Below are positions 10,059 through 20,500 of a stretch of 64,000 bases of DNA, one piece after another. Position 1 is the first letter of the stretch, and every line of letters begins with the position of its first letter. Position numbers and translations under genes: made by a program. The notes beneath the pieces were generated by a model that was given only the letters and a program-made list of their open reading frames with translations, ran no database searches and had not been told where the DNA came from. This stretch comes from an uncultured virus (IMG/VR IMGVR_UViG_3300042923_001406) (taxonomy: Duplodnaviria; Heunggongvirae; Uroviricota; Caudoviricetes): the IMG/VR virus record IMGVR_UViG_3300042923_001406; one strand, written 5' to 3'.

Positions 10059-10376
10059 ATGAATAATAAAGCAAAACGTGTTGTTATATTCTTTAACGTT
10101 TCTACTAATGGATACTTAATACAAGTAGTAGGTAGTAATAATGAAGTATTACATAAAATTGATTCTTTACCTACAATGTGTAATTTATCTGATTTATATG
10201 TAGAAGTAATAAAAGTAGATGAATATGAAGAAGAAGATGAAAACATATTTATAATAAATAATATACTAAAATTTGATATAAACAAAGGTATAGTTAATTA
10301 TTTAGGGCCTTATCCAGAAGAAGATGTTTTATCTGATATTACTTATATGAAACAAGCTTTTAATATAAGTATATAA
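10059..10376 (+). CDS. hypothetical protein
   Basis: Operonic ORF with GAGG RBS. Confidence 0.7.
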   Translation: MNNKAKRVVIFFNVSTNGYLIQVVGSNNEVLHKIDSLPTMCNLSDLYVEVIKVDEYEEEDENIFIINNILKFDINKGIVNYLGPYPEEDVLSDITYMKQAFNISI

Positions 10377-10388
10377 GGAGATAATATA

Positions 10389-10652
10389 ATGTTTAATAAA
10401 AGAAAAGCTATGAAATTATTATCATGTCAATTAATAAATAAGAAGTTTAAATTAAGCAAAAAGATTAATAATAATAATGATGTTAAATTTAGATTTGAAC
10501 ATGAAGGTTCTTTTTTGTTTGAATATTATATTAGTTTAGAAGATGCTTCTTTAATACTAAGATTGAATAAAGGTAATATATTATTTGCAATACAAAACGA
10601 GTATATGGTATATAATATGGGAGATAATATATTATGTATTGTTAGCAATTAA
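10389..10652 (+). CDS. hypothetical protein
   Basis: AAGGAG RBS, operonic. Confidence 0.65.
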   Translation: MFNKRKAMKLLSCQLINKKFKLSKKINNNNDVKFRFEHEGSFLFEYYISLEDASLILRLNKGNILFAIQNEYMVYNMGDNILCIVSN

Positions 10653-10664
10653 ATTGGTGTATCT

Positions 10665-10850
10665 ATGTTTAAAAATAAAAGTATGGAACTAATCATATTA
10701 ACAGTATTTGAATTAATTTTAACAATATCAGTTTTTATTATAACATATAATATTGGAATTAAATCAAACATATTATTAATGTATGTACTATCAATAATAA
10801 TTTACATAATATGTTTTATTAATTATAAGAGAGGTAAAGATAATGCTTAA
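10665..10850 (+). CDS. small membrane protein
   Basis: Two hydrophobic helices. Confidence 0.6.
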   Translation: MFKNKSMELIILTVFELILTISVFIITYNIGIKSNILLMYVLSIIIYIICFINYKRGKDNA

Positions 10851-11214
10851 ACATAGAAAAATAAGTATAAATTACTATATAAATATAGTAATAATTTTAT
10901 TAGAAATAAAATTTACTAATAATATAATAGATTATATTATAAAAACAGGTGATATTTATAGTATATTTATATTTTCTTCACTATTATTTGTATTATTACC
11001 ATTGCTTACTTATCTAGTATTAAAATATAATGTAAAATTATTAAAATATTTAATAGACTCTGTGGCTATTAAGATAATTATTATTTTAATACAAATAATA
11101 ATTTTAAATATGTCTATTATAAGTATATCATTAAATAATTTATTTATAATAATAAATTTATTTTTATCAATAATGTACATTTATAGTACTATATTAAAAA
11201 TGAAAAATATATGA
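10843..11214 (+). CDS. membrane protein
   Basis: About four hydrophobic helices. Confidence 0.6.
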   Translation: MLKHRKISINYYINIVIILLEIKFTNNIIDYIIKTGDIYSIFIFSSLLFVLLPLLTYLVLKYNVKLLKYLIDSVAIKIIIILIQIIILNMSIISISLNNLFIIINLFLSIMYIYSTILKMKNI

Positions 11215-11234
11215 TAAAAAGGAAATAAATATGT

Positions 11235-11507
11235 ATGAAAAGATTAAAATTATATAAATTAATTTTATGGTTATCTTCTTATATAGGATTAATTTATATT
11301 GAATATAAAACAATAGTAGAATATTATAATTTATTCTATAAAGAAGATAAAGATATACATATTATAGTTTTAACATCTTTAATAATACTTTGTATAATAT
11401 CTACATTTAATATTATTAAATATACAAAGTTATATATTAAGAAAATAAAAAATGATTATAATACTAAGAAGAGAAAGAAGGAGAAATGGTATAATGATAA
11501 ACCTTGA
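11235..11507 (+). CDS. small membrane protein
   Basis: Two hydrophobic helices and a basic tail. Confidence 0.6.
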   Translation: MKRLKLYKLILWLSSYIGLIYIEYKTIVEYYNLFYKEDKDIHIIVLTSLIILCIISTFNIIKYTKLYIKKIKNDYNTKKRKKEKWYNDKP

Positions 11508-11988
11508 ATTTATAAATAGTACTAATACTTTAACTATTGATGGTACTGGAGATTTAGGATGGAAGGATATATTTAAATACAGGGACAATACAGAATACAT
11601 AGTATTTAAAAAAGATAGTGATATATTTTGTTCAAATGCATCTAATTTATTTTGCGGATTTGAAAAATTAAAAGAAATAACAGGTGAATTAGATACAAGT
11701 ATGTGTAAAGATTTTTCTTATTTTTATGCTGAATGTTTTCTACTAACAAAATCAATATCTAATTTAGATACTTCTAATGGAGAGGAATTTGACTTCTTTC
11801 ATTCTGATAATAATAGTTTAGAAATGATAAAATTTAATTCTACTAAAAAAGGTAAAAAATTTCATCATATGTTATATGGTTGTAATAGTGTTAAACATGT
11901 CGTAGGTATAACTATAAATGAAGAAACAGATATTAACGATATATCTGATTTAAGTCATATAGTTAACTTATTCAGATATGATGAATAA
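11494..11988 (+). CDS. BspA/DUF285-type leucine-rich repeat protein
   Basis: TLTIDGTG and LDTSMCKDFSYF / LDTSNGEEFDFF repeats; start moved to the ATG after AAGGAG. Confidence 0.7.
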   Translation: MINLEFINSTNTLTIDGTGDLGWKDIFKYRDNTEYIVFKKDSDIFCSNASNLFCGFEKLKEITGELDTSMCKDFSYFYAECFLLTKSISNLDTSNGEEFDFFHSDNNSLEMIKFNSTKKGKKFHHMLYGCNSVKHVVGITINEETDINDISDLSHIVNLFRYDE

Positions 11989-12023
11989 ATATAAATAATA
12001 ATTTATACAAAGGAGGTGATTAA

Positions 12024-12869
12024 TTGATAATTGTACCAAAGATATCAGAAAATGATTTTAATTTAAAAAGAGAAGTAATTGATGTTATACAAGACAAAAT
12101 AGAAATACAAATGACTTCAAAAGACTTAGAGAAAAGTTTTCATAATAGTAAACATGTAATAGATAAATTATTAAAAGAAAAATCTATAAATGAAATAGTA
12201 TTTCACATGCCATTTTCATTTCATACATTTGAATTGTTTGTGTCTTCTACAATAAATATGACTAAAGTTTTAAAATTTATACATTTAATAAATGATTTAT
12301 CTATAAAATATGATATAAAAATAGGAATATTACTACATCAAGAAAATTCACTAGAATTAATAGATAATATACCTAATTCATATGATTTAATAAGTGAAGT
12401 TTTAAATTTTACTTACAATAATAAAAATATTTACTATTTAATAGAAAATTGTTTACCTTATTTAAATTGTGGTGATATAAGAGTAATACATGCTTTTGAA
12501 TTATTAAATAGATTACCACATGATAATCTATTTTGTTGTATAGATGTATGTCATATTAGAATACAAGAAAATATATTTAGAACTAATATAACTATACCTA
12601 AAAATATAGTTAGTAGAATTAAATGGATTCATTTTGCCAGTGATGGTGGTGATGGTTATATAAATAAAGAAACACATAGTTCACCACATAAAACAAAAAC
12701 ATTATTGTTATCAGATTTAAAGTATTTAGAAGAGCAAGGTATTGATGTAAATAATACTCCTTTAGTAGCTGAATTAACAGAAATTAATTATTCGGATAGA
12801 GTAAATATGTTAAAAGAAATAAAATTATTAAATAGTTTAAATGTAAATAACGTCTATAAAGTTTCTTAA
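12024..12869 (+). CDS. AP endonuclease 2 / xylose-isomerase-like TIM barrel protein
   Basis: FHMPF, LLH, LIEN, CIDVCH, WIHF, SPH and VAE form the metal-ligand pattern. Confidence 0.7.
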   Translation: MIIVPKISENDFNLKREVIDVIQDKIEIQMTSKDLEKSFHNSKHVIDKLLKEKSINEIVFHMPFSFHTFELFVSSTINMTKVLKFIHLINDLSIKYDIKIGILLHQENSLELIDNIPNSYDLISEVLNFTYNNKNIYYLIENCLPYLNCGDIRVIHAFELLNRLPHDNLFCCIDVCHIRIQENIFRTNITIPKNIVSRIKWIHFASDGGDGYINKETHSSPHKTKTLLLSDLKYLEEQGIDVNNTPLVAELTEINYSDRVNMLKEIKLLNSLNVNNVYKVS

Positions 12870-12879
12870 TAATTTAAAT

Positions 12880-12914
12880 TTTAAAAAAATTATATTTTTA
12901 GACATATATACTTG
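12880..12914 (+). promoter_or_regulatory. conserved bipartite motif copy 2
   Basis: TTTAAAAA-N12-AGACATATATACTTG. Confidence 0.7.
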
Positions 12915-12960
12915 TAAGATAGATTATTTAATATTTTTAAATTTCTACTTAATTCAATAG

Positions 12961-13013
12961 GTAAGTTTACATTTCTACTTTATGTTTGACATATAGTAGA
13001 AGTGTAATCTTAC
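12961..13013 (+). repeat. 25-bp imperfect inverted repeat with a TTG loop, in a leader
   Basis: GTAAGTTTACATTTCTACTTTATGT-ttg-ACATATAGTAGAAGTGTAATCTTAC, with 3 mismatches, one of them G-U compatible. Confidence 0.7.
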
Positions 13014-13044
13014 ACTAAATATAATAATAAAAAGGAGATTTATT

Positions 13045-13353
13045 ATGTACAAAGATAATGATTTAAATTTTATTAACAAAACTTTTGGTAGGAAATTAAA
13101 TGAAGTACAAAGAAGCAGAAGAAGATTTGATAGAAAAATTAATAGATTTTTGAATAAAGAAATGGGAATATTTGATATTGGTTGGTCTATAATGACTCTA
13201 ATAGTAAAAAGATTTATTATTGATTTATTATTATCCTATTTAATTTGTATAACATTAAATTTATCATTTACTTTTATGTGGATATTTGTAGTTTCAAGAG
13301 TATTCATGGTATCAAATAATATATTTAGAGTTGTATTAAATAATTTAGAGTAA
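13045..13353 (+). CDS. hypothetical membrane protein
   Basis: AAGGAG RBS; C-terminal hydrophobic segments. Confidence 0.65.
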   Translation: MYKDNDLNFINKTFGRKLNEVQRSRRRFDRKINRFLNKEMGIFDIGWSIMTLIVKRFIIDLLLSYLICITLNLSFTFMWIFVVSRVFMVSNNIFRVVLNNLE

Positions 13354-13383
13354 AGAAACATTTTAAGAGAAGAGGGATAAACA

Positions 13384-13578
13384 ATGTTTACAGTAAAAAC
13401 AAATTGCCCTATATGTGGTATTATAACCACAGTTGAATTGACTTCAGAAGAGGTTAAAATATTTTTTAGTAAAAAGAAATATCCAATCGATTTTCAAGAA
13501 AGAAGAGTATGTGATTGTTGTATTGATGAAGGATTTAATGTAAATGAAGTTAATAAATTAATTTCTTTAACATGTTAG
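13384..13578 (+). CDS. small zinc-finger protein
   Basis: CPICG...CDCC. Confidence 0.65.
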   Translation: MFTVKTNCPICGIITTVELTSEEVKIFFSKKKYPIDFQERRVCDCCIDEGFNVNEVNKLISLTC

Positions 13579-13680
13579 TGTAATTTATAGTTAACTTAAT
13601 GTATTTTTGAATTCATGTGTTGAATTATTTATATTTGTAAATAAAGGGCATATTTTATATAATTTATAAGGAGAAAACAT

Positions 13681-14157
13681 ATGAATATATTTATATTAGA
13701 TACAGATATAGTTAAATGTGCACAATATCATACAGATAAACACGTAGTTAAAATGATTACTGAAACTGCTCAGTTATTATGTTCAGCTTATTATTATCAA
13801 GACAAATTTAAAGATGAAATACCTTATAATTTAACTCATGCTAATCATCCTTGTGCTAAATGGGTTAGACATTCTATTAAAAATTGGGAATGGTTATTAA
13901 TGTTAGGAGTTTATCTTTATAAAGAGTATATGCATAGATTTGGTAATAAAACACATAAAGCTGGTAATGTAATATTATGGTGTTATGAACATAAACCTAA
14001 TTTACCAGACAATGGGTTAACTATGTTTGAACAATGTATGCCAGAACAATATAAAGATTCTAATCCTGTTACTGCATATAGAAATTATTACAACGGTGAG
14101 AAGAAAGAATTATTTAAATGGACTGGTAGGACAATACCTTATTGGATAAGATGGTAA
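13681..14157 (+). CDS. pyrimidine-dimer DNA glycosylase (DenV-like family)
   Basis: MNIF.LD...AQYH.DKHVVKM..ETAQLL, H.NHPC..W and AYRNYY. Confidence 0.85.
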   Translation: MNIFILDTDIVKCAQYHTDKHVVKMITETAQLLCSAYYYQDKFKDEIPYNLTHANHPCAKWVRHSIKNWEWLLMLGVYLYKEYMHRFGNKTHKAGNVILWCYEHKPNLPDNGLTMFEQCMPEQYKDSNPVTAYRNYYNGEKKELFKWTGRTIPYWIRW

Positions 14158-14161
14158 AAAG

Positions 14162-14183
14162 GGAGTCTAAATAGACTCCTTTA
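14162..14183 (+). terminator. putative intrinsic terminator
   Basis: GGAGTCTA-aa-TAGACTCC followed by TTT. Confidence 0.55.
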
Positions 14184-14224
14184 TATTTATTATAATAATC
14201 TAAGATTATTATAATAAATATAAA
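14180..14224. repeat. perfect 21-bp inverted repeat
   Basis: TTTATATTTATTATAATAATC-taa-GATTATTATAATAAATATAAA. Confidence 0.75.
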
Positions 14225-14255
14225 TAAAAACTATAAAAGTTGGGGAGGTGATTAA

Positions 14256-14915
14256 TTGTCTTTAAATAATTCTGTAAATAGTATATTAAATAAAATGCAT
14301 TCACAAAAAATAGCATCTAATAAAGGTACTTTTGGAGAACAAGCAGTATTTTCAATATGTGAAGATATATACCAAAGAAAAAGTGGTATACTAATACATT
14401 CTTATTCTTATAAAACTGAACCTGGATTAGCAGGTAACATAAAAAAGAATGGAGATAAACTATACGTTGAAAATTTAGGTAGTTTTACAGAAATAGATAT
14501 TTTGTTGGTAACGTCTTATAAAATATTCCCTATCGAAGTTAAAGCATACAAAGCTAATACAATAACTTTAACAGATGATAAGATAAAAGGATGTTTAAAT
14601 ACAGATAAATCACCTGTACATCAAAATGAGATGCATTGTAGACATTTATATCCACATATATTTACTTCTATACCAGAAGGGATGACTGATTATATAGTAC
14701 CTATTGTAGTATTTGCAGATGAAACTAAGGTAGTAGATTCTAGAAGTAATTCACAGAAAGAGTATATACATGTTACTATATTAAATCAATTAAGACAATT
14801 ATTAGAAAATAAAAATAAACCATACAACAATAAAATATTAGACTTAAAAACAATAGAATTAAAATTACGTAATGTAATGATTTCAAATGAAAAGTTTTTA
14901 CCATATATAAATTAG
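14256..14915 (+). CDS. NERD-domain (PD-(D/E)XK) nuclease
   Basis: GTFGE, TEIDILLV, IEVK and SPVHQN..H. Confidence 0.8.
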   Translation: MSLNNSVNSILNKMHSQKIASNKGTFGEQAVFSICEDIYQRKSGILIHSYSYKTEPGLAGNIKKNGDKLYVENLGSFTEIDILLVTSYKIFPIEVKAYKANTITLTDDKIKGCLNTDKSPVHQNEMHCRHLYPHIFTSIPEGMTDYIVPIVVFADETKVVDSRSNSQKEYIHVTILNQLRQLLENKNKPYNNKILDLKTIELKLRNVMISNEKFLPYIN

Positions 14916-14949
14916 ATAAAGAAAAAATACGATTAAGTAGGAGGATTAA

Positions 14950-15603
14950 ATGGATAATCCAATAGATAAATTAAAAAATGATTTTAATATTAATTTAATA
15001 TGGTTAGATGATACACCATATGAATATATGAAAAATGATGTTAATTTTATTAATTTTTTATTTAAATTAAATTTTATAAGTAAAGAACATATGATTATAT
15101 ATTTAGATATAATATTTAATAATAATGAATATTCTAATACTAAATTATTTATTGAATCTTATATTAAAACTATAGATTTATTTAAAGAACAAATCTATAT
15201 TAATACAATGTTAGGTTTATATGATAATATAGACACAATTAAACTCGAATTAAAAGATACAATAGAATTTAAAGATAAGACAGATTTTATGATTGATGTT
15301 ATAATGCAAAGAATAATTCAGATAGATAATGAATTAAAAACACTATTAATAGGATGTAGTATAAATATCGAAGTAATTAAAGAAGTAGTTAGTTTAATAC
15401 ATAACTATATTATTAATAATAAGATATATTCTATAAATAATCTATTTGAAATAAATTGTATAACTTATATAATATATGATGTAGATTTAGATAAATTATG
15501 TTCTAGTAATACAAGTACGGAAGCAGCAGTTAATTTAACACTATTTAGTAGTGTACTATTACATATACAAAACAGATATTATAATAAATTAATTAAAGAA
15601 TAA
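14950..15603 (+). CDS. hypothetical protein (NPIxxLK N-terminus)
   Basis: GAGG RBS; helical 217 aa ORF. Confidence 0.7.
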   Translation: MDNPIDKLKNDFNINLIWLDDTPYEYMKNDVNFINFLFKLNFISKEHMIIYLDIIFNNNEYSNTKLFIESYIKTIDLFKEQIYINTMLGLYDNIDTIKLELKDTIEFKDKTDFMIDVIMQRIIQIDNELKTLLIGCSINIEVIKEVVSLIHNYIINNKIYSINNLFEINCITYIIYDVDLDKLCSSNTSTEAAVNLTLFSSVLLHIQNRYYNKLIKE

Positions 15604-15664
15604 ATTTACATAACTTTATTATTCTTAAATTAAATCTATATTAAATCAATATAAAGGAGTTATT

Positions 15665-16210
15665 ATGAAAGATTTAGATAATATTATAATAGATAATTTG
15701 ATATTACCAGATTGTGAAATTATATTGGATAATATTAATAATAATGAATGTATAGAAATTATTTTAACCTATTGTAAAGCTTTTACTAAAATACCTAAAT
15801 ATATGGTAGATAAAGAACAAAATGAAGAAATTAATTTAAATATTAGAATATTAAATGAATTATTTTATAGTATAAAACTTTGTAATATTAAGTCAAACAA
15901 ATCAAACAAATTATCTTTATTATTAATGGATAAATATATAGATGTTTATTCTATAAATGAAGATGAGACTACAGAATTGTTAATACATACTGATGTAAAA
16001 AGAAGAAATTATAAAGAAGCTTTAATAGAATTACTTAATATGATACAAAAAGTAAATACTAATATAGTATACAATTATAAAAAAGAATATATACTAACTG
16101 ATTCATTTAAGAGTATAATAAAACAAATTGGGTCAAATATAATATTTTATGAAGATACCTACATAAGTAATACTAAAGTTAAAGAAGAAATTAATAAAAT
16201 TGAGGATTAA
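15665..16210 (+). CDS. hypothetical protein
   Basis: AAGGAG RBS. Confidence 0.7.
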   Translation: MKDLDNIIIDNLILPDCEIILDNINNNECIEIILTYCKAFTKIPKYMVDKEQNEEINLNIRILNELFYSIKLCNIKSNKSNKLSLLLMDKYIDVYSINEDETTELLIHTDVKRRNYKEALIELLNMIQKVNTNIVYNYKKEYILTDSFKSIIKQIGSNIIFYEDTYISNTKVKEEINKIED

Positions 16211-16212
16211 TT

Positions 16213-16656
16213 ATGAAAGAATTAATGTTAGACAATATATTTGATAATTTAGACAAATTTGACACTATATGTGTTACTACTAATGGATGCATTAAATCTA
16301 ATGGTAGATTAGTTATGGGTAAAGGTATAGCAAAGGAATTTAAAGACAGATATGTTACAATAGATACTGTATTAGGAAATTTAGTTAATAATTCAGGTAA
16401 TAAATGTTATTTTATACAAGAAGAAGATATAAATATAATATCTTTTCCAACTAAAAATAATTGGAGAGATAAATCAGATATAAATTTAATAAAGAAATCT
16501 TGTTTACAATTAGTAGATTTAGCAGATAAATATAATTTAAGTAGAATAGCATTACCTAGGCCTGGATGTAGTAATGGTTGGTTAGATTGGAAGTATGTTA
16601 AAGAAGAAATAAAGAATTTGTTAGACGATAGATTTACTATATTTTATAATGATTAG
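16213..16656 (+). CDS. macro-domain (ADP-ribose processing) protein
   Basis: TTNG, MGKGIAKEFK, SFPTK..W and ALPRPGCSNG. Confidence 0.85.
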   Translation: MKELMLDNIFDNLDKFDTICVTTNGCIKSNGRLVMGKGIAKEFKDRYVTIDTVLGNLVNNSGNKCYFIQEEDINIISFPTKNNWRDKSDINLIKKSCLQLVDLADKYNLSRIALPRPGCSNGWLDWKYVKEEIKNLLDDRFTIFYND

Positions 16657-16665
16657 GTGATTAAA

Positions 16666-16776
16666 ATGAATGTATACAAATGTACTGCATGTAATAAAAT
16701 AATAAAATCTAAATTTAAATTAAGATTTTGTGAGTGTGGTGGTAAACTTTTAATTAAATCAATAATTAAAAAGTAA
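16666..16776 (+). CDS. 36 aa zinc-ribbon protein (not in the ORF track)
   Basis: AGGTG RBS; MNVYKCTACNK...FCECGG. Confidence 0.6.
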   Translation: MNVYKCTACNKIIKSKFKLRFCECGGKLLIKSIIKK

Positions 16777-16807
16777 TAGTAATAATTAAATAAAGAAGGT
16801 ATTTTAT

Positions 16808-17395
16808 ATGCATAATCCTATAAATAAATTAAAATTTGAAGTAAATAATAATAACAATAATAATACATTTATACTAAAGAAGAAATTTGTAGATATAGTA
16901 TATAATGCAGCTAAATTAGAGGTAGAAAATATAACATTTTTACAGACTCAATTAATAATAGACAATTTAAGTTCAGAAGGATTACTTCCTAATGATATAC
17001 AAGTAGTACTTAATTTAAAGAATGCTATGAATTATTGCTTAAATACAAATGATTTTAATATTGATTTATTACTAAATATAAATAAATTTGTTTCTTATAA
17101 TGAATCATTAGAATGGGGAGTATTAAGAAATGGTACTATAGGAATTAGTGGTACTAACTATAAACCTGAAATACCTAGTAAGGATAAGATAGAATTAATA
17201 TTATTTAGTAAAATAGGATATTATGATAAAATGTTAGAGTTAATAACAGAACAACCATTTTGGGATGGTAATAAAAGAACTTGTTATTTATATACTTTAT
17301 TAACTTATTTTAGAGATAATAATAGTATAATAGATATAGATATTATAAAATTACAAAAAGATTTATATTCTTTGTATAAATATAAAGAAAAATAA
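16808..17395 (+). CDS. Fic/Doc family protein
   Basis: GVLR..TIGISGT.YKP and QPFWDGNKRT. Confidence 0.8.
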   Translation: MHNPINKLKFEVNNNNNNNTFILKKKFVDIVYNAAKLEVENITFLQTQLIIDNLSSEGLLPNDIQVVLNLKNAMNYCLNTNDFNIDLLLNINKFVSYNESLEWGVLRNGTIGISGTNYKPEIPSKDKIELILFSKIGYYDKMLELITEQPFWDGNKRTCYLYTLLTYFRDNNSIIDIDIIKLQKDLYSLYKYKEK

Positions 17396-17418
17396 ATTAT
17401 GGTTATTAATAAATAGTG

Positions 17419-17436
17419 TTTTATATGCATATAAAA
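17419..17436. promoter_or_regulatory. 18-bp perfect palindrome upstream of the SLH protein gene (candidate operator)
   Basis: TTTTATATGCATATAAAA. Confidence 0.35.
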
Positions 17437-17525
17437 TATATTAAGAGGTGATGTTATGTAAAATTATAATAAGTATTAAATAATATAAAAATTAATAAAT
17501 GACAACAAAAACTTTGGAGGAAGAA

Positions 17526-20500
17526 ATGATTAAAAAAACAATTAAAAGATTAATATCCCTTGTAATAGTACTAATGATGGTACTAACAATGATGCCTTTG
17601 GGTGAATTTAGTAAGGCTTATGGTGCAACATCAGAACTATTAAATGGAGATATATTAGTAGATACTGGTTCTAATATTACTAGTGTTTGGTATCCAACTA
17701 TAACAATGCTCGATGGTAGCACTTTATCAGTAGAACCTGTTGATGGTGCATTATTGTCTGGTGCTGATGGAAAAACTTATAAAATGTATGGTTATAAATT
17801 AGTTAAAAGAAATTCTAATAATTCTGTAATATTTACAAAAACAATAAAAGAAGATATATTACAGTCTTTACCAAATACTTCAACTAAACCATTTTATAAT
17901 CTTAGTCTTGTAGATTTAGGTAATGATGAGTATCTAGTAATAGGTAATGCAAGTAGTAATACATTTAGATTTAATATACATGATATTAATGGTAATATAA
18001 TAAGAGGTGATGATGATTCTTTATCAAGTTTAAATGGATGTTATACTAAATCTAATAATATAATAGTTAAACATAATAATAAATATATTGTTTACGGTAC
18101 ATATGGAGGTAGTAATCCAACAAAAATATGTATATTAGATTCACAAATGAATTTAATAGATACAAAATTTTTTGATGGTAAAGATTATTCTTACTTTGAA
18201 GTATCTGATGGTACTGTATTTGCTTATGATGATAAAGTAGATGTTTTATATAGAGTGTCAGATACAGACATATCAGTATTAGAGGAACTGAACATTACGT
18301 ATACAGAAGAACCAGTTAATATATTTAAAATTAAAGATTATATATTAGTGTGGTTTTATAAATCAGTTATAGTATATGATTCAAATTATAATGAATTATA
18401 TAGAAATACATATACAGATAACACAACAAGTGCTAAAATGATTAATAGTAATATAGCAAAAGGATTTAATAGTTTTAGTGGGGCTGGAATAAGAGAAATT
18501 ACAGTAGATGAGAATTCACCACAAATAACAGGAATAGATATTGAACAAATAGGTGTTAATTATGGTGTAAAATTAACTGTTAATACAATAGATGATTTAC
18601 CTTATAATTTGCAGTATTCATATGATGATGGTTTAACATGGACTAATTCAAATATAAGTAAGATATATGAAAATGGAACAGTATCAGTAATAGTAAAAGA
18701 TAAAGCTGATAGAATATCTGAAACATATAGTATTAATGTTAATGGTATATTAAGTGATGGATATATAGAAGGTGATTTGAGTAATATTTCCAATAATAGT
18801 GTTAAAGGAAAATTATATAATAACGGTATACTGGAAATTAGTGGTTCAGGAATTATGAAAACATTTTCAACATCTACTAAACCATTCTTTAGTGAAGTAA
18901 GTTCACGTATAAATGAAGTTATAATAAGTAGTGATGTAGTAGGTATTGGAGCTTATTTATTAAGTGATACAAATGTTACAGAATTAAAACTACCATCAAA
19001 TGTAAAAACTATAAATATAAATTCATTTAAAGGAATGACAAAGTTACAATATATTTATAATTACTGTACTACAAGTCAAAATTTTAGTGGAGTTTTATTT
19101 AATATAACAGATAATCCTGAATTATTAATAGCATGGGGTACAGAAACAAATGTAGGATTTAAAACAGAAGCTACACAATGTTCAATACTTTGGAAAGACA
19201 TTGTATTAGAACCACCTATTATACAGAAAAAATTAGTATCAATAGATATGGATAATAGTAAGATATTTAAGACTTTATATAAAACTAATGAAAGTATAGA
19301 TATGAATAATATGAATTTAAAATTATATTATTCAGATGGAACAAGCCAGAGTATACAAGTAATTGGAAGTATGTTAACAGGATTTGATACAAGTACACTT
19401 GGTAACAAAACAGTAACAGTTACATATGAAGGAAAAACTTGTACATTTACTATTAATATAGTAGATACTGTGCAATCAATACAAATAAAGAGTGGTACTA
19501 ATAAAACTCAATATTATGTTGGTGATACATTAGACCTTACTGGAACTCAGCTAATAGTTACAAGAGAAAGCGGAGGCATGGAATTTGTAAATGTAACAAG
19601 CGATATGGTGACAGGGTTTGAAACTGATAATATAGGGGATAAAATAATAACTATAACATACGGTGGAAAGATAGCAAGTTACATAATAAACGTAAAAGAA
19701 AATTCAATTACTGGAATAGAATTAGTCGGTAATACATACAAGACAGAATATATACTTGGTGAAACACTGGATATAAATGGATTAGAAATAAAAGTAAACT
19801 ATGCAAATGGAACAAATAATACAATTCCAGTTGACAGTGCTATGATAAGTGGTTTTAGTACATCAACTTTAGGAACTAAAACTATTACAGTAACATATTT
19901 AGATAAAACAACAACTTATGATATAAATGTCAGCAAGTCTGTAAACTTACTTGACGCTGAAATAGCAGTTCAAAATGCTGAATCTAGTAAAAAACAAGCT
20001 GATTACGACATAGCTAAACAAAAAGTGGACGTATTAGATTTATCACAAGATAAAAATGACTTACAATTTAGATTACAAGTATTGGAAGTAGAAATAGCAT
20101 TAGACGTGGCTGAAGTAGCTATAACAAGATTTGAATTGACAGAAACACAAGAAGATTACAACGACGCAATGAATAAATTAGCGTTTGCATTGACATTATT
20201 AAATAATTGTCCAGAAGAAAGCGAGATATTCGCATTAAATGATACAATAACATTCGGTGCAAAAACAATGTTTGCGTCAATTAGTACATTTAGTGTTACT
20301 TCACCAAAAGACAGTATAACTAGCAGATATGATTCATTAAATGCTAGATTAAAGGTTAAGCAAGCTGAAGTTACACAAGACCCAGCTGATATTCAAGCGG
20401 CTAAAGACGCTGTAGATAAGTTACCTACTGGGGCAGAAAAAGATGAATATACAGATAGAGTAGAAACTGTGGAGCAAGTGGTAATAGATAAAGAAATACA

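Noticed and set aside
16843..16866. AAT trinucleotide run as a phase-variable tract
   Set aside because: It is an in-frame, imperfect poly-Asn linker; slippage would not change the frame, and such runs are expected at this AT content.
17445..17483. GAGGTG-led micro-ORF (MLCKIIISIK) upstream of the SLH gene
   Set aside because: It is only ten codons with poor RBS spacing and cannot be distinguished from chance.
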